Below, piece by piece: positions 31,202 through 43,939 of a DNA stretch of 64,000 bases. The stretch spans positions 1,178,001 to 1,242,000 of the forward strand of contig OX597821.1 in the NCBI GenBank assembly GCA_951406725.2. Direction: 5' to 3'. The notes under the pieces were generated by a model. It saw only the letters and a program-made list of their open reading frames with translations. It had not been told where the DNA came from and made no database searches. Each line of letters begins with the position of its first letter. The stretch's first letter is position 1. Source of the DNA: Octopus vulgaris (lineage: Eukaryota). The translations under genes and the position numbers were made by a program.

Positions 31202-33274
31202 ATGTGGTGGTGGAATAGTGCAGTAGACAAAGCCATTAGTGCAAAGAGACGGGTCTGGAAAGCCTGGAGGGATGGGGGTAGCAGGGAACTGTACCAGGTA
31301 GCCAAAAGGGAGGCTGGGCGGCAGGTATACATAGCCAAAGATGTAGCAGAAAAGAAGAAGTTTACCAATGTTCAGCGACGTGAGGACCAAAGAGCTGAGG
31401 TATTTCGGATTGCCAGACAGTGTGTGAGAGAAAATAGTGATGTTACAGGAGAGAAATGTGTCCGCATGGATGATGGGGCACTTGCTTTTACTGTTGGTGA
31501 AAAGAAAGAGGCTTGGAGAAGCCATTATGAAAGACTGCTGAATGAGGAGAATGAATGGGAGGAGGAGAGCCTGCCAAATGTTGACCCAATAGAGGGACCA
31601 GCTACCCGAATAGACAGCTCCCTTGTAGTAAAGGCAATTAAGGATATGAAACCAGGTAAAGCCCCCGGCCCATCAGGAATCACTGCTGAGATGCTTAAAA
31701 CAGCTGGTTATGTGGGCCATGGCCTAGTCACCCGCATTGTAAACCAGGTAGTTCATAATGGAGTCATACCCAATGACTGGCGTAGCAGCACCATAGTCAA
31801 CTGCTACAAGGGTAAGGGTGATGCTCTAGATAGAAATAACTACAGGGGTATTAAACTGTTGGATCAGGTGATGAAGGTCACAGAGATGGTCATAACCCAT
31901 CTCATTAGGGAGAGAATTTGCTTAGACGAGGTGCAGTTCGGTTTTGTGCCAGGTAGAAGCACCACTGATGCTATATTCCTGGTCCGACAACTGCAGGAGA
32001 AGCACCTAGCTAAAGATAAACCCCTCTACATAGTTTTTGTGGATTTGGAGAAAGCCTTTGACAGGGTTCCCCGATCCCTTATCTGGCGGTCGATGCGGAA
32101 ACTGGAGATTGACGAATGGCTAATAAGGGCTGTACAGGCTCTATACAGAGAGGCTGTCAGCAAGGTTAGGATTGGCAACGAATATAGTGAAGAATTCCGG
32201 GTAGAAGTAGGTGTACACCAAGGCTCAGCCCTCAGTCCCCTTTTATTCATCATAGTCCTCCAGGCAATAACAGAGGAATTCAAAACAGGATGCCCCTGGG
32301 AGCTCCTCTATGCTGATGACCTAGCTCTCATAGCAGAATCACTACCGGAACTAGAAAAGAAATTTCGAGTGTGGAAGCAAGGGTTAGAATCAAAGGGCCT
32401 TAGAGTAAATGTAGCAAATACCAAAGTTATAGTAAGCAGAAAGGCGAACTCAGCACACACACCCTCGGGCAGGTGGCCCTGCTCGATCTGTAGGAAAGGT
32501 AGAAACTCCATAAGATGCACCCAATATAAGTTATGGACGCATAAGAGGTGCAGCAACATTAAAGGGATATTAACTGATAAGACAGATTTCATGTGCGGCA
32601 GATGCACAGGGACAATAGACACCACAGACACTCAGAAAACAGATTCCATCACACTCCAGGGGGAGAAACTAGAAGTAGCTGATAGTTTCCGCTACCTGAG
32701 TGACCAAGTTAGTAGTGGAGGTGGATGCTCAGAGAGTATCACCACTAGAATACGAATAGCTTGGGCAAAGTTCAGAAAGCTCCTACCCCTACTGGCGACA
32801 AAGGGTTTCTCGCTCAGAGTGAAAGGTAGATTGTATGATGCATGTGTGCGAACTGCCATGTTTCACGGTAGTGAAACATGGGCTGTGACTGCAGAGGACA
32901 TGCGTATACTTGAAAGAAATGAAGCTAGCATGATCCGCTGGATGTGTAATGTCAGTGTGCACGCACGACAGAGTGTAAGCACCCTGAGAGAAATGCTGGA
33001 CATAAGAAGCATCAGATGTGGTGAGCGAGAGCGACGCTTGCGATGGTATGGTCATGTACTGCGGATGGATGAGGAGAGATGTGTGAAGAAGTGCCATTCC
33101 CAAACAGTTGAAGGTATCAGGGGGAGAGGTAGACCCAGGAAGACATGGGATGAGGTAGTCAAGCATGACCTCAGAGCGTCGGGCCTAACTGAGGCAATGG
33201 CGAAGGACCGAGATCTCTGGAGATATGCTGTGACTGCAAAGACTCGGGCTGCTTCCTGCATCAGTTCCGCATAG
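31202..33274 (+). CDS. RTE reverse transcriptase ORF (690 aa, open) with Cys-rich insertion
   Basis: Full set of RT motifs; separated from APE ORF 30528-31226 by a frameshift or deletion. Confidence 0.85.
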   Translation: MWWWNSAVDKAISAKRRVWKAWRDGGSRELYQVAKREAGRQVYIAKDVAEKKKFTNVQRREDQRAEVFRIARQCVRENSDVTGEKCVRMDDGALAFTVGEKKEAWRSHYERLLNEENEWEEESLPNVDPIEGPATRIDSSLVVKAIKDMKPGKAPGPSGITAEMLKTAGYVGHGLVTRIVNQVVHNGVIPNDWRSSTIVNCYKGKGDALDRNNYRGIKLLDQVMKVTEMVITHLIRERICLDEVQFGFVPGRSTTDAIFLVRQLQEKHLAKDKPLYIVFVDLEKAFDRVPRSLIWRSMRKLEIDEWLIRAVQALYREAVSKVRIGNEYSEEFRVEVGVHQGSALSPLLFIIVLQAITEEFKTGCPWELLYADDLALIAESLPELEKKFRVWKQGLESKGLRVNVANTKVIVSRKANSAHTPSGRWPCSICRKGRNSIRCTQYKLWTHKRCSNIKGILTDKTDFMCGRCTGTIDTTDTQKTDSITLQGEKLEVADSFRYLSDQVSSGGGCSESITTRIRIAWAKFRKLLPLLATKGFSLRVKGRLYDACVRTAMFHGSETWAVTAEDMRILERNEASMIRWMCNVSVHARQSVSTLREMLDIRSIRCGERERRLRWYGHVLRMDEERCVKKCHSQTVEGIRGRGRPRKTWDEVVKHDLRASGLTEAMAKDRDLWRYAVTAKTRAASCISSA

Positions 33275-33398
33275 CCCCTGCCCATTCAAAGTATCCTGGA
33301 TCCCAGAACGTCCCGCTGTGCTTGAGGAGACCTGTTGAGTCAAGTACATGAACATGAACATCGAAATAAATATAAATGGAAATAGTAGTTGTGATACA

Positions 33399-33620
33399 TG
33401 TGCCGGTGGCACATAAAAAGCACCATCCGAACGTGGCCATAGCCAGCGCCGACTCGACTGGCTTCTGTGCCGGTGGCACATAAAAAGCACCATCCGAACG
33501 TGGCCGTTGCCAGCGCCGCCTTGGCTGGCTTCCGTGCCGGTGGCACGTTAAAAGCTCCAACCGATCGTGGCCGATGCCGGACCCTCCTGGCACCTGTGCA
33601 GGTGGCACGTAAAAAGCACC
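33399..33620 (+). repeat. ~3.4 x 67-bp tandem repeat in the RTE 3' UTR
   Basis: Units start at 33399, 33466, 33533 and 33595 with gtgcc-ggt-ggcac followed by AAAAAGCACC-like sequence. Confidence 0.9.
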
Positions 33621-33851
33621 CACTACACTCGCGGAGTGGTTGGCGTTAGGAAGGGTATCCAGCTGTAGAAACTCTGCCAGATCAGACTGGAGCCTGGTGC
33701 AGCCCTTGGCTTCTCAGACCCCGGTCGAACCGTCCAACCCGTGCTAGCGCGGAAAACGGACGTTAAACGATGATGATGATGATGATATATACATATATAC
33801 ATATATGCATACATACATACATATATGCATACATACATATATATATATATA

Positions 33852-35670
33852 TTCTTTTTTTTTTCTAGTTTTAGCTCAGAGCTGCGGTCATGCTGATGCA
33901 CCACCGCTTTGTGCTACACTGTTATTGCGAAGAACCTCGTCTAATATGTGGCACTTGGTGAAGAATGGAGTTTGATACTGCTACTCTCATTTGCACCTCT
34001 TGCCGTGAGGTAGGTTCATCTGGGACTCCTGACAGGAAGATGTCCAGCTTTGATTTAAAACCGCCACATCTACTTTTTGCAAGTTCCTCAGACTCTTTGG
34101 GAGAATATTAAAAAACTGTGGGCCCTTGAAGCCCAGGCTGTTGCAGAAGCTGGTCCTGAAGAGTGATGGCATTGCTGGGATCTTTGGCACCATGCAGTAT
34201 CGTCCCGTTCTAGCATTGGTGTAGCTTACAATGCCAAAATTTGGCACAATTACTTCCAGGATCTTCCAGACATATATTACTGCATACCTCTCTCGACTTC
34301 TCTCCAGGAGTAGAGTCTTAGCTGTTTCAACCTTTCCCAGTAGCTGATCTGTTGCAAAGAGACGATCTTCTTTGTGAATCTTCTCTGGATTGCTTTAAGG
34401 TCCGCTGTTAATTTTACACTGGTGGGTGACCATAGCTGTGAGCAGTAATCCAGGCGGCTGAGGACGAATGTCCGCCAGAGGACCATCATGGTTTCCTTAT
34501 ATCTGGTTCTGAATGTTCTTAGGATCTACCCAGCCAGTCGTCTGCATTTTGTCGCCATCCTGGTAATGTGCACTTGGAAAGAGGTACCATTACTCATGTC
34601 GATACCCAGGTCCCTCACTGACTTAGGCTCTGGGATTGAAATTCCCTGTGGACCGGTGTGCCCTGTAAGTTTAATATTTAGTTTTGGATGCTGGTAGCGC
34701 AGGGCCTGGAATTTTTCAGCATTAAACTGCATATTATTATCCTCAGCCCATCTGTAGATCGTGTCCAACTCCTGCTGCAGTTGGGCAACATCGCTGGGGT
34801 TCTGTATTTTCTGCGAGACTTTCGTATCGTCTGCATAGATGGCCAGAGTGGCTATCCGGGCATTTGAGGGCATATCTGAGAGGGCCACTATAAAAAGCAG
34901 TGGTCCCAAGACAGTGCCCCGTGGAACACCGCTCACTATTTGTGTGTTCATAGAGGTGGCTCCATTAACCACTACTGCCTGACTCCTATCTTTCAGGAAG
35001 TCATGCCACCACACTCCAAGTTTTCCAGCTATGTCGAGGTCACGCAGTTTGTGGTATATCATACCATGATCCACCTTGTCAAAAGCTTTTGCAAAATCAA
35101 GGTAGATTACGTCCACATTTGATTTGTTGAGTAACTGCCTCAACACCCAGTCATAATGCTGTAAGAGCTGGGTCAGGCAGCTCCTACCTGGTCGAAAACC
35201 ATGCTGGGTATCACTCAGCAAGTTATTTTCCTCAAGGAATGTGATTAGTTTCTTTCTGACTATCCGTTCCATGACTCTGCTGATGTGTGAAGTCAGAGAG
35301 ATAGGCCTATAGTTTTGGCATCTGCTCTACTTCCCCCTTTATGTATTGGGCATATTATTCCCTCCTTCAGCTTGCTTGGCAGTTTGCCATTCGCAAGAAA
35401 GCTCTGGAGGAGAATCTTGAGGGGTTTTGCCAGGGCATGCTTACACGCTTTGAGGAGGATGGCTGGGAAACCATTTGGACCAGCAGCTGAGTTTGTGTCA
35501 ACTTCATCTATGGCTAGTAGGACATCTTTTTCGCTAATGTCAATACATTCTATTGTAACCGCCTCGCTGGTTACAGGTGAGGCGGCAAAGAAGTCCACTG
35601 GTTCGTTCACTTGTCTGTGTTCCAACGTGGTGGAAAAGACACTTTTGAACTGGTCATTCAGCATCTCACC
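33852..35670 (-). mobile_element. 5'-truncated CR1-group LINE, family B (second copy)
   Basis: Collinear and highly similar to 5261-7035; RT ORF 34526-35272. Confidence 0.92.
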
Positions 35671-36169
35671 GATATGAAATGTGGAGGGGGAGAAAGCAAG
35701 CAGCCGTCGAAGATATTTGTGGACTGATGACGTCAAAGAACGAGGTGGAAACAAGAGCCTTTGTTGATTGTATGAATATAAGAGAACAGAGATAACTGGG
35801 GTGTTTTGGTAAGCCGACCTTTGGAAATAGGGAGGACATTTGGATAGCTGATGGCTGCATGAACCCTTGTTCCTCCCTCGTTTGACAATGAAAGTTTAGG
35901 TGTTCGCTCAACTGAATTACCTGCTGATTGAATTAACCTTTAAGTGACTGAGTATTCCACTGACAGGTGTACTCTTAAAGAAATTCTCAAGCAGAATGGT
36001 CAGGAGATAGTGTTTGGGATAAGACTGGACCTAGAATTCAAAAGGCACAATGTAAAACAGGTTTCTGTACAGTTTCCATAAAACTTTCACACATTTGCCG
36101 AAAATTCTACGCCGTGTGACTGAAATCAAAACTACATGATTGCAAAGCGACCTTTTTAGTCATTCGACC

Positions 36170-36710
36170 CAAACATGGAGAATTAAAAGCATATTAAATG
36201 CATGGAGTATTAAAGCTATATTAAATACATAGATTATTAAAAATATATTTAACACGTGGAAAAAGAAACCTATATTTATTACATGGGGTATTAAAGTTGT
36301 AATTATTATATGGAATAATAAAGCTATTCTTAAAGCATAGAGCATTAAAAATATATGAATACATGAACCATTAAAATTATACTTAATGCATAGGTGATTA
36401 CATACATGAAACACATGAAGCATTAAAACAATATTATATACACAAGTAAATGGTGTCCCAAAGCTATATTTAATAAAGGGAGCAATAAGATTATATTAAA
36501 TTCGTGAACAATTAAAATATTCTCATTTAGAATAGGTGAATTAATAGTCAGAACAATAAAGCTATAATAATTCATGGAACATGAAAATAGGATGTAATGT
36601 AAATATCATTAAATAATTATTTACAGTCGGAGCATTAAAATATATTCGATATAAACGCTTTTAAAAATATACTTAATAAATGAAGCATAGAAAATATATA
36701 CTTTAATTAA
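36170..36710. repeat. Degenerate AT-rich minisatellite (~27-29-bp unit, consensus like catggagcattaaagctatattaaata)
   Basis: Recurrent catgga...attaaa...tatattaa units. Confidence 0.65.
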
Positions 36711-38246
36711 AACATGCAAACTTCTGAGTCATATAAACTCATAAGTTTAGTTTCTCGGTTTCTGTGGCCTATATATGCCCCCGACCACGACCACCGGAAA
36801 GGGACGCCATTTTGTCGCAGGGTTATTCTTTTTTGATAGCTGAGTGGAGTAACACGAAACGAAATGTTTTGCACAAGAACACAATGCGTTGCCCAGTTCA
36901 AGAACAGAAACTATAATCTTACAACCATGAGTCCAACATCCTAACCACTAAGCCATGCGCTTCTTCTTATAATTACAGCCTGGATTGTAAAAAAAACAAA
37001 AAAAAGGATTAAAATAAACAATGGTTTCTTTAAATTAGATCTTCTGTCACCAGATCTTTACTGTCCTTATTTCTTTAATTAGGCACAAGGTCTCAAAATA
37101 GAAGTACAACACAAAAGATAGACAAAACAATACATGGGGTACATAACGAATGAATATAAATGAAAATGAAATGGCTTTCCTACCCACCCCAAAGTAGGTA
37201 GTTCCATTTTACTGTTTTTAAATAAAGTGTGTACTTATCAGTCTTGTATCTTCTTAGTTTTCTTTTTGTTTAAAAATCCACACGATGTCACACCATATGT
37301 TCCATCAAATCGTCAATATTACCACTGTTAATATTTGTAACGAAATAACATTCCTGTTAACGCTATCCTGTCGCCACAAATATTTCCTGCAAATCTTTAG
37401 TGTTCTTAGTAAGGGTGAAAAATAATGTGTTATATTGCGAGTGAGGTTCGCCGCTAATGGCTGCATTAACTTTCGGTAACTTGTTATTTTACGTGAGCGT
37501 AGAAAATGGTTGTTTCTCACTTCGCAGTTTTGAGGAGTGGCTGGTAGTTGATTATGTCGGTCCTAGTATTTGGCTGTTATTTTATCTTATCAACTCTGAA
37601 AGTATGGAAGGCAAAGTTGACCTTGGTGATATTTGAATTTAGAACGTAAAAAAGTTAGGATAAAAATATGAAAAAAAAACTACTGCTAAGCATTTCCCCC
37701 AAGCTCTGTTACAAGTTAGCAGTGGTACAAAATGGTCGATCGTGCCGAAGCTATTCTTTATTTCGGTCTGCAAACCTTTCTAGCGATTTCTCTTTGACGA
37801 ACCACGAGTCCACAGAATATAATGTGACACAGGATAACCAATACCGGGCTTTTAAGAGCTATGACATAAATAAGCCTTTATATATACTCACATCAATACA
37901 ATCTATTGTGACTTTTTCTTTTTACATGTCTCGGGTACAGCTTAGATCCGTTTTGTCATCGTCGTACTAAAAGTTGGATTTCTTTCTTGACGCTGTTTTT
38001 GCCTGAAGTAATTGAAATTTCTAACAGAATAGATCGATTCTCGTTTTTGTTTTCGTTACTATTTTGGGGAATTATAGCTGAATGCTTATCTTGACCTTCC
38101 TTTAAGTTTAGGCAGGCATCAGTGTTTTTCAAGAAAAATTTCGCGAAATGAAGGGTCTTTAAATAAATTAATTGAAAATTATTTTATGAAATAGCATTCA
38201 TCAGTTTCAAAGTAATAATTTATTATAAAGATATTTTCTTACGTAG

Positions 38247-38487
38247 AGGCGCGTGGCTTAGTGGTTAGGGTGTCAGCATCATGATCGTAAGATTGTGGTT
38301 TCGATTCCTGGCGACGCATTGTGTTCTTGAGCAAAACACTTCATTTCACGTTGCTCCAGTCCACTCAGCCAGCAAAAATAAGTAACGCTGTGGTGGACTG
38401 GCGTCCCGTCCATCTCGGGAACACATACACCATTGAAAGTGGGAAACCGGGCCTATGAGTCTGGCTAGGCTTTAAAAGGGTGCATTA
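38247..38487 (+). mobile_element. tRNA-derived SINE (third family; - copies at 51955-52196 and ~36715-36960)
   Basis: Head ggcgcgtggcttagtggttagg...ggtttcgattcc; near-identical reverse copy at 52 kb. Confidence 0.8.
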
Positions 38488-38749
38488 AAAATAAAAAATT
38501 ATTAAATATTCTCTTTTAGATAAACTCGTTTCCTGAAACAAATTCGAATGAAACAAATTCGAATGATCTTTAAAAAATCGGAGTTCAAGGAAGAAGATCC
38601 AACAATATCCCTATTTTATTAATCTTTTCAGGGATTATTTATGACGGTCTGAAAATTTCCAGGCACATTCGAGCAATGAGTTTAGAATTTAATTTTAGTT
38701 GAGGGTGGCTAACATTATCTAATATTTGATAAAATTATTTCCAAAATTA

Positions 38750-39635
38750 AGGCGGCAAGTTTGATAAAATCGTTACCACGCCGAGCAAATTGCTTAGCGG
38801 CATTTTGTCCGTCTTTACATTCTGAGTTCAAATTCCGCCGAGGTTGACTTTGCCCTTCATTCTTTTGGGGTCGATAAAATAAGTACCTGTCAAAACTGGG
38901 GGTCGATGTAATCGATTTACTCTTCCCCCAAAATTGGTGGCCTCGTGCCAAAATTTGAAACCAAAGTTATTTACAAAATTGCATTTCAGTCGATTTCGTC
39001 AAATAAACTAAACACTAAAATGTGTGACAACATGTCAAAGAAAAACACCAATGTTACCGGAATAAATTTTATCGATTCTAGAACGATCAAAGGTTAATTC
39101 AGCTACCATGGGATTTGAACTCATTACATGGAGAGATGAAACTAAATACTATTAAAACAAATTTTTCTGTGTCCGCACGTAAACATTTCAAACTTGCTCA
39201 TTAACTTGGTAAGTCTCCTAATTAGTGAGCCATTCTTCCATTAGCGATATAAGGTTTAATGTAATCCTTTTCACTCTGCGTTGCGTGTTGAACCACTAAT
39301 TAAATATTCAACCTTCTACATTGGACGCGTATTTAGTTCTTAGTGGACTAAAATCTGAAACTGTTGTCCATTTGGTAAACTATCTTAACTTTAATGCTAT
39401 AATATGAGTGATTCTTCTTGACCATTAATCGGTTTAATCCGAAGTAATCTGAAAATCTGTTAGTCAGTTCTTTACACGAATTATCCACAATGAATATGGT
39501 CTTTCACTACCAAAATCACTGGATCGTTCTCTTTCCTCGGCTTTTGTCCTTTCGCTTCCTAACAACTGCAATTGTATCGATTCTAATCCTCTCTCTAGAA
39601 GTTAATCATTTCTAAATCAACGGCTAGATACTTAA

Positions 39636-39682
<47 letters not shown>

Positions 39683-40810
39683 ACGCCCTGTATTTACTTG
39701 TCGCACTATTTTATACTTGACTGTAAATGAAAAAAACTGGGGTGTGTCTTATACATGGAACAAAGAAATCTTATGAAGGAAAAATAATTTACATTAAGAT
39801 TTAACACTGGATTAGAGGTGCAACTCACACGCGAGGGCTGCTTGTGCACAAAGAAAAATGGTATAAAAATGGTATAAGGCGGTGAGTTGGCAGAATCGTT
39901 AGCACGCCGGGCGAAATGCTCAGCAGTATTTCGTCTGCCGCTAAGTTCTGAGTTCAAATTCCACCGAGGTCGACTTTGCCTTTCATCCTTTTGGGGTCGA
40001 TTAAATAATCGCACTGGGGTCGATGTAATCGACTTAATCCCTTTGTCTGTCCTTGTTTGTCGTCTCTGTGTTTAGCCCCTTGTGGATAGTAAAGAAATAT
40101 GTATTTCGTCGACTGCTACGTTCTGAGTTCAAATTCCGTCGAGGTCGACTTTGCCTTTCATCCTTTCGAGGTCGGTAAATTAAGTATCAGTTACGCACTG
40201 AGGTCGATGAAATCGACTTAATCCCTTTGTCAGTCCTTGTTTGTCCCTTCTATGTTTAGCCCCTTGTGGGCAATAAACAAACAAGAAAAATGGTATATTG
40301 TTGTGAGCTCAACAGTGTAGGCCACTGGTTTTTCGCTTAGTGGTTTTTATCATCAGGTTAAAAAAAATAGAAGTTGGCGTCGTAGGTCGAGCAGAATCGT
40401 TAATACGTTAGACAAAAGGCTTAGCGGCAATTTAACCGTTTTTATATCCCGGGTTCAAATTCTACTGAGGTCAACGTTGACTTTCATATTTTCAGAGTCG
40501 ATGAAATAGGTACCAATTAAGCAGTGGGGTGGGGGAGGAACGATGCAATCGACTAGATCCCTTCCTGAATTTTTAGATCTTACGCATGTAGTAGGAGGGG
40601 TCATTAAGGCAGCGAGTTGGTAGAATCGTTAGCTCGATTTCTTCCGGCCCTTTACATCCTGAGATTATAAATCTCGCCGACGTTGATTTTGTCTTCTCTC
40701 CTTTCGGTGTCGATCAAATAGGGACCACTTGATCGATCACTGGGAACGATGTAATCGACTATTCCTTTCTCCCAAAATTTCAGCCGTTATGCATAGAGTA
40801 GAAAGGATTC
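38750..40810 (+). mobile_element. Cluster of octopod-type SINEs (38750-38960, 39877-40285, 40385-40810)
   Basis: Same motifs as the 11012 copy. Confidence 0.8.
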
Positions 40811-41045
40811 CTCTTATTATTACTCGCAGAAAGACCGCCCAGGGGCAGCAGTATTCTGCAAGTACGCATAATTCCTTAAATCACTCACCGCCCCAGGGAC
40901 ATTTCTACATTCAGAACCATCTTTTATCTTCCTCATGAAGGTTAGGAATTGGAAAGGTTATATATTACCCACTCCCCCACTTTTAAAATTCTGTAATATC
41001 CTTACCATCCCTATTTGAAATATAAGATCAGATCATTACTCAAAA

Positions 41046-41196
41046 GTAGCTGTGTGGTAATTAGCCTGCTTGCCGACCACATGGTTCCGGGTTCAGTACG
41101 ATTGCGTGGCACCTTGGGCAAGTGTCTTCTACTATAGCCTCGGGCTGACCAAAGCCTTGTGAGTTGATTTGATAGGCGGAAATTGAAAGAAGCCCG

Positions 41197-41260
<64 letters not shown>

Positions 41261-41850
41261 AATATTAAATTTCTAAATATCTCATAGAGATATGTACGGT
41301 GGTGGAGCGATAGTGTGGTTGTATACTGTCAACTTAACGTGACAGTCCCGTAAGGGAATTACACCACCGCTGTTTAGCCCTAGGAAGCACCGACGCTTCC
41401 TGTCGGCCTTGACACATTTCCTGTGTCCTTATATATTTACGAAGGGGAGACAAACACCTCCAACAGCTAGGGGGTGGTTTGTCTCCCCTTCGTAAATATA
41501 TAAGGATACAGGAAGTGCGTCAAGGCTGACAGGAAGCGTCGATGCTTCCTAGGGCTAAACAGCGGTGGGGTAATTCCCTTACAAGACTGTCACGTTAAGT
41601 TGACAGTATACAACCACTCTCTCTCTTTATATATATGTATTTGTTTGTGTGTCTGTGTTTGTACCGCCAACATCACTTGACAACCGATGTTGGTGTGTTT
41701 ACGTCCCCGTAACTTAGCGGTTCAGCAAAAGAGCCGATAGAATAAGTACTAGGCTTACAAAAAAATAAGTCTTGGGGTCGATTTGCTCGACTAAAGGTGG
41801 TGCTCTAGCATGGCTACAGTCAAATGACTGAAACAAATAAAAGAATAAAA
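41046..41850 (+). mobile_element. SINE with internal TA tract, interrupted by a palindromic insertion
   Basis: Head 41046-41198 (gtagctgtgtggtaa...ccgggttcagt); body and tail ~41635-41850 ending ggtgctctagcatggctacagtcaaatgactgaaac. Confidence 0.75.
41315..41617. mobile_element. ~300-bp fold-back element (arms ~145 bp), related to the 45.1-kb family
   Basis: gtggttgtatactgtcaac...gttgacagtatacaaccac; shares tttagccc.agga and gacaca.ttcctgtg.ccttat with ~45220-45282. Confidence 0.85.
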
Positions 41851-41867
41851 AAAAGAATATATATATA

Positions 41868-42534
41868 CAGGGTAGCCCAAAAGTAGGTTTACAGTTATTC
41901 AAATATCTCTCTTTCACATTCGTATATCAACAGTTTAGATCTTAATTATCCAAAAATATGAAACCATTATTCTATGCTAATTTAGTTAATTTTGTCAAGC
42001 TCCCTTTTCAGTTTGTAATTGTTTTTTGTTTTTTGACAGGTTCTGTAAAATGTGCGCCATGACAAACGATTTAAATCACGAGCAAAGAAAGTGGATACTA
42101 AAGCAGTATTGGAAGTCTGAAAATGCCGAGCAAGGTGCACACCACACGGCAAGAAGCCTTTCACACACCCCTCATCTTCACGGTCGAGTAGGAGGGCGTC
42201 GCGGCGTGCATGGAAGCCGCGGGCGCGAGCCCGGGTGAAGCCGAGCGTGGGTGCAGATATCGGTGGTAGTAGCAAATATATATATGTAGATTGGATGAGA
42301 AATAAATTTGATACCACAGGTTCAGTGAGTAATGCACCACAATCTGGACGCCCAAATACTTCTGGGATTGAAAAAAATGAGATGTTAGTGGCTATGATAT
42401 TTGGAAACAGTCCAAAGCAGTCCACACGACCACGCTTCTCTAGAATTATCCATACCAAGAACATCATTGCAACACCTAATATCTAAGCTGAAATTAAAAC
42501 GTGATAACTGTAAACTTACTTTTGGGCCACCCTG
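41868..42534 (+). mobile_element. Internally deleted Tc1/mariner DNA transposon
   Basis: ~31-bp TIRs cagggtagcccaaaagtaggtttacagttat / ataactgtaaacttacttttgggccaccctg; TA flanks; HTH remnant EQRKWILKQYWK...KFDTTGSVSNAPQSGRP. Confidence 0.88.
42185..42279 (+). rRNA. 28S rRNA fragment (pseudogene) inserted in the mariner
   Basis: cgagtaggaggg...gaagcc...gcccgggtg.agcc...ggtgcagat.t.ggtggtagtagcaaatat matches a conserved eukaryotic LSU segment from memory; GC-rich island. Confidence 0.8.
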
Positions 42535-43526
42535 TATATATATTTATTCAACAACGTCGCGTAAATTTGTAAAAATTTACTAACATTCCCTGACAAATCG
42601 AATGATTTGTAGTAACTTTTCAGTCCCTGGTTATCCCGATAAAACAGAGCTGTTAGCAAACGCTTTTCAGCAATGGACATTTATCTTTAACTTCGTTTAC
42701 GTCTAGGGTTACTTGTCCAATATATGCTTCTCTTTTCCAGATGGTAGGATTTAAGTGAAGAATATTTACTGATCTTCCTAGCGTGTCAATGGTAATCCTG
42801 GTGATAATACGGTACTCCTAATAAATAGATGTACTCCTGACGTATAATTGTATGGTACCCGTATGGTACTCTTATATGGCACATTTAGTAACCCAATAAT
42901 TGGCGAGAGAATATTTCTCCATAAATCAAGGCAAGACAGCTTCTACGGAGCCATATTATACCTGTTAGAAATAGAGATGGAAAGGTCTCTCAAACAATGC
43001 CTTAGAGTCTGAAAAAAGAACACATTTATGAATGGTGTCTGGAATAAAATATTCATGAAAATATGACAGTGTGGGCATAGCTGGATCGACTCTGATTAAG
43101 GACCTTCTCAAGGAGAGCTAGGCTTGGGGTTAAGTTACAACATCAACAAAATCGACATATAAATTGGTAAGCACAACACTTGTGTTTGTTTCTGCATTCT
43201 ACCAAATAATTCACAAGGCTGCTCTCTCACACACACACACACCACGTGTATACATACACTCGTATATGCGTATGTGTGCATGTATGTATGTGTGCATTTG
43301 CGCGTGTGTATACGTGTATATATATAAATGTGTGTATATATATATAAAAGAGTGTGTATATATATATATATGTATGTATGTGTGTATATATATAAATATG
43401 TATGTGTACATATATATATATACATAAATATATACACAGATATATATATGTATATATGTGTGTGCATATATACATACATGTATATATAAATGTATATATA
43501 ATCTGTATGTTTGTAAGTATATGTTT

Positions 43527-43614
<88 letters not shown>

Positions 43615-43939
43615 CATACACATGTGTATGCATATATAAATATATATGCATACATACGCATAAGCAGACACAGACACACATGCGCACACAAACCTATATA
43701 TAAACCTTATAGAAGGTGACTTGTTCAACTTAAAGAATTCTCAGACGTGAGAGATCCTTAGCTATGGCACTCGTCTATCGTTACTGAGAACCAATTCTCC
43801 CGTGCAGAATGCAAAGTATCGCACTTAGACAGGTTTTGGGGGCATGGTATCGTGGTGACAAGGAGGGGAAATTTTGTAAACTTTTCATTCTACAAATAAA
43901 ATGAAAGATTGACCGATAAACGTAGGCAGAATAGATAAA

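Larger units (their letters stand above)
30526..33786 (+). mobile_element. 5'-truncated RTE-clade LINE (APE plus RT) with (GAT)n tail
   Basis: VYAPQ, GDFNGH, SQIDFIL, PQHRL; NYRGIKLL, QFGF, DLEKAFD, GVHQGS, YADDL; RTE-type C-terminus GRGRPRKTW; tail aacgatgatgat. Confidence 0.95.

Noticed and set aside
33399-33620. CRISPR-like repeat-spacer periodicity
   Set aside because: The spacers are homologous to each other, the array is inside a LINE 3' UTR, and the context is eukaryotic with no cas genes
35672-35760. VEG....RR...WTDDVKE, resembling an RTE C-terminus
   Set aside because: Too short and degraded to call
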